Assembly (NCBI GenBank): GCA_040776945.1
Contig: JAXGZN010000001.1
Coordinates: 160,001 to 224,000 of the forward strand
Reading direction: 5' to 3'
Source: Methanomassiliicoccaceae archaeon
GTDB lineage: Archaea; Thermoplasmatota; Thermoplasmata; Methanomassiliicoccales; Methanomassiliicoccaceae
Length of the DNA: 64,000 nt
Numbering within the stretch: position 1 is the first letter of the stretch; each line of letters starts with the position of its first letter. Of this stretch, positions 58,849-64,000 are shown piece after piece. The translations under genes were made by a program, and so were the position numbers. A model generated the notes under the pieces. The model saw only the letters and a program-made list of their open reading frames with translations, had not been told where the DNA came from and ran no database searches.

Positions 58849-59000
58849 CCTCCCACCGCCTGCAAAATGCGGGAGATGTCCTCCGGCACTTCGATCGGGG
58901 GCGTCCAGTCCACCTTCTCCACATCCATCTCCTGGCTGACCATCTCGCGGAGGAACCATTCCGAACCTACACAGAAGACCTTTAACTGACCTTTCATCAT
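58845..59000 (-). CDS. Stand-alone FdrA C-terminal module (51 aa)
   Basis: Missing from the ORF track: MMKGQLKVFCVGSEWFLREMVSQEMDVEKVDWTPPIEVPEDISRILQAVGG, with the V-D-W-x-P-P motif and ATGA overlaps at both ends. Confidence 0.8.
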   Translation of the reverse strand: MMKGQLKVFCVGSEWFLREMVSQEMDVEKVDWTPPIEVPEDISRILQAVGG

Positions 59001-60454
59001 CCAACATCACCCATGACCTTCGCGGCATACGCCGCAGCATTGCCAGATGATCCGAACACTACCACTCCGAGGTCCTTCAGCTCATCGGCTATCCTATCAT
59101 AGTCTTGCTTATCCGCCTTCGTTCCGCATATCGAGGCTATCGCCAGAGGGCCCCTCTGCAGACCGTCCAGCCCGGCCAACGGATCATCGGCGCTTCCCCA
59201 GCCGAGCATGATCTCGAACAGCAGCACCGCGACATCGTCCCTCCTGCTCTCCTTGACCAGCCACGAGTTCCTGGCCTGGGGATCGATCATCGGATGGGGC
59301 CTGCCTTTGACATACTCCTCGGCACCGGTATCGATGCACACGTTGAGGTTATCGTAATCATCCGGGAGGGACAGTTCCTTCTTTGTCGGGGCGTTCGAGT
59401 ATACCTTGATGCCCGCCTTCCCAATGATGGCCTGGGCCTGATAACATAGGCTGCCACCGACGAAGAGCCCTCGAAGATACTTACGGCCGTCCAGCTTGGC
59501 GCTCTCCTTGGGTGCCGCTTCCCGCAGCTCGGCCTTGCCCATCGCTTTCAGGATGTGGTCCACCCCTCGATCGATGGAGCCGGTCGAAAGGATATCGCCC
59601 TCTATGTGCTCCTCGCTCTCTCCCAGGGAGATGAACGCCGCCTTGCGTCCTTTGATCATGCTCAATATCTCATCTTTGACCCTCTTGTCCGGTTTCTTGC
59701 CTATTATGATGAGCCCATCGGAGACGCCAAGGCTTTCAATGGCCATCTTGGTCATCGTCCCGTCGATCTCCTCGGTCATGTCCTTGCTGCCCACCCCAAT
59801 GGCATATGAAGTCCCCAGGCCGCCCCTGTCCAGAAGGACCGTGGTCTCCTGCATTCCCGATCCCGAAGAGCCGATGACCGCGACATTTCCCGTCTTGACC
59901 GCATTGGCGAAGCCGAGGCCTTTGCCATCGATTATCACCGTGCCGGCGTCCGGGCCCATCACGAGAAGCCCTTTTTCCTTCCCTTTCCTCTTCAGGCTCA
60001 TCTCCACCTCGGTCGGCACGTTGCTGCTGAAGATGTGGAGATGGGCGCCCGCATCGAGACCGTCGTTCGCCAGCTTTTCGACGTACTGCCCCGGCGTGGA
60101 TATGAACAGGATCGGAAGGTCGCCCTTCCGTATCGTGTCCTTGAGCGTTCCCATGGTGGTGATCTCGACCTGGGGGCCTGACGTCTTCTCCCTGTCCATG
60201 AGGTCGATCGCGCTCTTGATGGCCGCCTCGGCGTGCTCATCATTGTCGGCCTCTATGGCGATCAATATGGATGAGGGCTTGACATTGGAAGGAGGGGAGA
60301 ACCCGGCGTTCCTCAGGAGGTCCAGGTTCTCCTTGGTCGCGGTGACCATGCCTGCCTTCTTCACTCCTATTTCCTTCTCCACGTCCCTGCTTACACCCAT
60401 GAGGAGGACCGAGTCCATGTATCGGTTCTCTATTTCGTGATAGCGTGTGCTCAT
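58997..60454 (-). CDS. fdrA: FdrA/YahF (AllF-like) protein, succinyl-CoA-synthetase-related fold
   Basis: YMDSVLLM, ISTPG.Y, LVMGPDAGT, GFAN, SGSGMQE, G.GSKD, RGLF.GG.LC and GRPHPMIDP. Confidence 0.88.
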   Translation of the reverse strand: MSTRYHEIENRYMDSVLLMGVSRDVEKEIGVKKAGMVTATKENLDLLRNAGFSPPSNVKPSSILIAIEADNDEHAEAAIKSAIDLMDREKTSGPQVEITTMGTLKDTIRKGDLPILFISTPGQYVEKLANDGLDAGAHLHIFSSNVPTEVEMSLKRKGKEKGLLVMGPDAGTVIIDGKGLGFANAVKTGNVAVIGSSGSGMQETTVLLDRGGLGTSYAIGVGSKDMTEEIDGTMTKMAIESLGVSDGLIIIGKKPDKRVKDEILSMIKGRKAAFISLGESEEHIEGDILSTGSIDRGVDHILKAMGKAELREAAPKESAKLDGRKYLRGLFVGGSLCYQAQAIIGKAGIKVYSNAPTKKELSLPDDYDNLNVCIDTGAEEYVKGRPHPMIDPQARNSWLVKESRRDDVAVLLFEIMLGWGSADDPLAGLDGLQRGPLAIASICGTKADKQDYDRIADELKDLGVVVFGSSGNAAAYAAKVMGDVG

Positions 60455-60463
60455 CCCATCACC

Positions 60464-61066
60464 TCAACCCGTCTTGGCCTTCGCCGGCTCACCGGGCACC
60501 TCGACCTCCTTGGGGAAGGAGAGGTATATCTGAAGATAGCCCCAGATCGGTCCGAGCAGGTTCATGAGCAGACCGCTGAACCAGGCCACGACGACCTCTG
60601 CACCTCCGAAGCCGGGCATCAGGCCGAACAGGCCGAAGTAGGTGGCAAAGAAGGTGGCGAAGCCATAGAAGTGGGCCGGCGTGTACGAAAGCGTCTTGAT
60701 GTACTTCGAACCCCAGAGGATCGGCTGGTTCACCAGGAAGATTACAAGGACATCAAAGGCCAGCATCCACACCAGATTATCTGCCAGCGGCGGGTTGCCG
60801 AAGGTCATCAATACGCCAGCGATAAAACCCCAGAACGACCCCCATATGATGCATGGATAGATCTTCTTATAGACCTCCTTGGTCTTGCCCGGTCCTCCTC
60901 CTCCCGCCGCGAAATATCCGGCCCAGGTTATGAAGACGCCCCATCCGCCGAAGTTGAGGGCGAATGGAGCGGCGAGCACCCCCGGGATCGACATGAAGAC
61001 CGTCAATGCTGCAAGGATCCCGCCGGTGAACGCCGTCGGGACCCTCTCCTTCGTCACTTTGGCCAT
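60464..61066 (-). CDS. DUF1097-like (YahC-like) membrane protein
   Basis: About six TMs with W..FI.WA.YFA.GG and P..F.GFA.FF patterns. Confidence 0.7.
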   Translation of the reverse strand: MAKVTKERVPTAFTGGILAALTVFMSIPGVLAAPFALNFGGWGVFITWAGYFAAGGGGPGKTKEVYKKIYPCIIWGSFWGFIAGVLMTFGNPPLADNLVWMLAFDVLVIFLVNQPILWGSKYIKTLSYTPAHFYGFATFFATYFGLFGLMPGFGGAEVVVAWFSGLLMNLLGPIWGYLQIYLSFPKEVEVPGEPAKAKTG

Positions 61067-61083
61067 AAGGCATCACACGCCCC

Positions 61084-62388
61084 TCAGGCTCGAAGCACCT
61101 CAGGCTGCCTGATCTCCATTGGCTCATTGGGATCGATGCGCCCCCCGCTCCATTTCATGACCTCGGGGTGCTCGCTGCGGTAGATCATCTTCCCTCTCTT
61201 GATGATGTAGCGGCGGATCGGGGGATCTATGAAGATGTCCCCCACGTGCTTGGAGCCGAGGACGACGAGGTCCGCGTTCTTGCCCTCCTCTAGCCCGTAG
61301 GTGTCCTCTATGTGCAACACCTTGGCCGGGTTCCTCGTGATCATGTCCAACAGCATCCTCTGATCGGCAGGGGTGCCGAGGTAGCAGGCGTGGGCATAAA
61401 GATTGCCGATCAGCAGCAGGTCCCCGTTCCCGAACGGCGTGAACCCGTTCTGGATGTTGTTGGTGGAGAAGCAATGGTTGACGCCCTTCTCTATGAACGG
61501 CTTTGGACTGAGGAGCCCTCTGCGCTTCGCCTTCTCATCGTTCCTTCCGCTCAGGAACATGTCCGTCGCTGCCAAGGTTATCAGGTTGATCTTGGCCTCC
61601 GCCATGCGCTTGGCGGTGTCGTCACGCACCTTCGGGTCCACGCTGGAGAGCGTGGTCATATGCCCGACCGAAACCCTTCCTTGGTACCCGTTCTCGATGG
61701 TCTGCTTGATTATGTAGTCGATGGAACGATAGCGCATGTCGTCGACATTATCCCCAAAGTCGGCATGGAACGAGCAATCCTTATCATACTTCTTCGCCAG
61801 TTCGAAGATCGCATCCACGTGTTGCTTTGTCCCTTCGAAATCATTCTCGTTGTAGGGGCATCCAGCCACCGAGTCCGCGCCCTTCTTCAAGGCCTGGTCC
61901 AGGAAATCATAGGCGGTTGGAGCCTTGACTATGCCTTCCTGAGCGAAGGCACAGACGTGCATGTCCACGTATTCCTTGTAGTCCTCCTTCAGCCTCATCA
62001 TCGCATCGAAGCCGACCAGCCTTGCGAGCGGGTCCGTATCGGGCTGCGCCTTGATGATGGTCGAGCCATGGCGAAGGCACATTTCCAGCACCTGCTTGGA
62101 ACGTTCATAGACCTCTTCGTCCTGGAAGGCCTTCTTCAGCTCCCCAGTGGTCTTGATCGCCCCCATGAGGGTGCCCTCCTTGTTCGGCCTGACCTTTTCC
62201 AGCAGAGCCTTGTCGATGTGTATGTGGCTCTCGATGAACGTTGGAACCACCACATCACCGGCGAGGTCGACCTCGATATCGCCTCTTAGACCGGTCCCTA
62301 TTTCCGATATCTTACCCTTGTCGATCGCAATGTCGGTCAAAGGCCTTTCATCATCGATCCTCGCGTTTTTCAATACCAGTTCAGGCAT
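61084..62388 (-). CDS. Cytosine-deaminase (CodA)-fold metallo-amidohydrolase, atypical active site
   Basis: ESHIHIDK, FAQEG, FHADF, VGHMT, STNNIQN..TPFG and G..ADLVV. Confidence 0.85.
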   Translation of the reverse strand: MPELVLKNARIDDERPLTDIAIDKGKISEIGTGLRGDIEVDLAGDVVVPTFIESHIHIDKALLEKVRPNKEGTLMGAIKTTGELKKAFQDEEVYERSKQVLEMCLRHGSTIIKAQPDTDPLARLVGFDAMMRLKEDYKEYVDMHVCAFAQEGIVKAPTAYDFLDQALKKGADSVAGCPYNENDFEGTKQHVDAIFELAKKYDKDCSFHADFGDNVDDMRYRSIDYIIKQTIENGYQGRVSVGHMTTLSSVDPKVRDDTAKRMAEAKINLITLAATDMFLSGRNDEKAKRRGLLSPKPFIEKGVNHCFSTNNIQNGFTPFGNGDLLLIGNLYAHACYLGTPADQRMLLDMITRNPAKVLHIEDTYGLEEGKNADLVVLGSKHVGDIFIDPPIRRYIIKRGKMIYRSEHPEVMKWSGGRIDPNEPMEIRQPEVLRA

Positions 62389-62538
62389 TCGTAACACCCT
62401 TGGTCTCAGGTGTCCAGGCACGATATTTAGCCTTTAACCGCAAAATGTGTGGCCTATCCCGACGAACCCATATTGCAAGGACGGTCCCAGAGCGGTCTCG
62501 CGCAGGATGAAATACGAGGAGGGTGCAAAGGGAGGGGC

Positions 62539-63492
62539 ATGGACGATGCGGAAAGGGGGAGCGTGCTCGTCGCTCTCGGCGGAAATGCGATCCTCAAGCA
62601 TACCGAGCAGGGCACGGCGGAGGAACAGAGACACAACATCGGCGTCACCGCAACATGGCTGGTCGAGATGATCAAGCACGGTTTCAGAATTGCCATCACT
62701 CACGGCAACGGTCCTCAGGTGGGAGATATCCTGCTCAAGAACGAGATCGCCAAGGGAACGTTGCCGCCAATGCCCATCGATGTCTGCGGAGCGGAGAGCC
62801 AGGGCCTTATCGGCTACTTCCTGCAGCAGACGATGCACAACGAGCTGGTCCGGCAAGGGTTGAACCTGCCATTGGCGACCGTCCTCAGCCAATGCATCGT
62901 CGGGGAGGACGATCCCGCGCTAAAGGACCCTTCCAAGCCTATCGGGCCGTTCTATACTGTAATGGAGGCATCGAAGCTTAGGGAGGAACGGGGGTGGACA
63001 ATGATAGATGACAGTGGAAGAGGTTGGCGTCGTGTGGTGCCCTCTCCCAAGCCCGTGTCCATCGTCGAGGGGCAGGTCATCAAGAGACTGTATGATGAAG
63101 GCTTCATCGTCATCGCCTGCGGCGGGGGCGGCGTGCCCGTGGTGCGGGAAGAGGGCGACCGCCTCAAGGGCATAGAGGCCGTTATCGATAAGGACCATAC
63201 CGCGTCGGCCCTCGCCAGGCTGATCGGGGCCGATACGCTGCTTATCCTGACGGACGTTGAGGGCGTCTACGCCCATTTCGGGAAGAAGGAGCAATCACTG
63301 ATCGGGGAGCTGACGGCGGATAAGGCCAGGGATATCATCGTCAATGGCAGCCTGCCCTCCGGGAGCATGAGGCCGAAGGTCGAGGCTGCCGTGCAGTTCG
63401 TGGAGGGAGGCGGGAAGAGGGCGATAATCACCTGCCTGGAATGTGCCCTTCTTGGACTGGAGGGCAAGAGGGGGACAACCATAATTAAGTGA
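62539..63492 (+). CDS. arcC: Carbamate kinase (copy 2, divergent from the fdrA operon)
   Basis: ALGGNAI, HGNGPQVG, PSKPIGP, WRRVVPSP, GGGGVPV, EAVIDKD and GSMRPK; GGAGG SD. Confidence 0.93.
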   Translation: MDDAERGSVLVALGGNAILKHTEQGTAEEQRHNIGVTATWLVEMIKHGFRIAITHGNGPQVGDILLKNEIAKGTLPPMPIDVCGAESQGLIGYFLQQTMHNELVRQGLNLPLATVLSQCIVGEDDPALKDPSKPIGPFYTVMEASKLREERGWTMIDDSGRGWRRVVPSPKPVSIVEGQVIKRLYDEGFIVIACGGGGVPVVREEGDRLKGIEAVIDKDHTASALARLIGADTLLILTDVEGVYAHFGKKEQSLIGELTADKARDIIVNGSLPSGSMRPKVEAAVQFVEGGGKRAIITCLECALLGLEGKRGTTIIK

Positions 63493-63609
63493 GCCTCAGG
63501 GCATGGACGTAGACGGTCGTTAGCTTCTGCCAGGCCCATGTTCTGGGGCCAAAGGCCGGCCGTTCGATGTGCCATTGCTCCTTGATCCCTCCGTCCGTAG
63601 CTCCTGCCC

Positions 63610-64000
63610 CTATTTTGAGCCCATTTCCGCCGCGACCTTTCCTTTGGGCCGCGGACGGTGATACTTCCTGAAGAAGAGCATCGTGAGCCCGGAAATTACC
63701 TGAAATGTACCGAGCATCACCAGTCCCAGAGAGTATGTTCCGGTCAAGGCCACGGCCAGGCCCACCAGGACCGTCCCGAACACGCCTGAGCCGTTCGAGA
63801 CGCCGTTGAGAAAACCTGTAGCGCCCCCGATCTGTTCTTCTGGAGCGATGTCCTGCAGCAGGGTGAACTGGTTCGGCTGAATGATGGAGATGAAGAAGAA
63901 CACCATGGTCATGAAAAATATGATCACGATGAAATCGGCGATGGGGATGACCAGAAAGATGAACGCTCCGGAAAGGATGCCGAATATCATGGCGATCTCC
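63610..64000 (-). CDS. MFS transporter, C-terminal part (5' end outside the window)
   Basis: TM segments with P.EQIG.ATG..N...N..G...G. Confidence 0.75.
   Translation of the reverse strand, partial: EIAMIFGILSGAFIFLVIPIADFIVIIFFMTMVFFFISIIQPNQFTLLQDIAPEEQIGGATGFLNGVSNGSGVFGTVLVGLAVALTGTYSLGLVMLGTFQVISGLTMLFFRKYHRPRPKGKVAAEMGSK

Noticed and set aside
58849-59040. N-terminal extension of DUF1116 given by the ORF track
   Set aside because: The region is better explained by the coupled 51-aa FdrA-tail gene in another frame.

Overview
This is a gene-dense, GC-rich archaeal chromosomal segment. Archaeal markers are class I LysRS, topoisomerase VI A/B, NAC, Sec61beta, MptA, TATA-box promoters and two CCA-encoding tRNAs. 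The gene complement is most consistent with a Methanomassiliicoccales/Thermoplasmatota organism, but this is inference because no methanogenesis marker lies in the window. About 63 CDS are mostly housekeeping or metabolic: glpA, rnhB/rnhA, gatCAB facing a bacterial-type aspS, alaX, two tandem glnA, porGDAB/ppsA, an Fe/B12-type ABC importer, panD, hisS, lysS, top6BA, ppa, an ABC-2 exporter and a P3A H+-ATPase. No transposase, integrase or CRISPR array was seen. The most notable items are: (1) at 56.7-64 kb, a yah/allFGH-like carbamoyl-transfer locus (atypical CodA-fold amidohydrolase, DUF1097, split FdrA, DUF1116, DUF2877, a divergent carbamate kinase and an MFS); (2) an unannotated ~85-nt sRNA candidate at 35158-35242 with its own TATA box, a 19-bp terminal stem and anti-Shine-Dalgarno loops, next to a 41-codon ORF and an inverted-repeat element; (3) structured intergenic elements between the two glnA genes and upstream of the CBS-ParB and H+-ATPase genes; (4) a probable ATC start codon for mptA; (5) frequent TAG stops, arguing against general pyrrolysine recoding. 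Family assignments come from motif recognition and RNA pairings were worked out by hand; no searches or folding programs were run.
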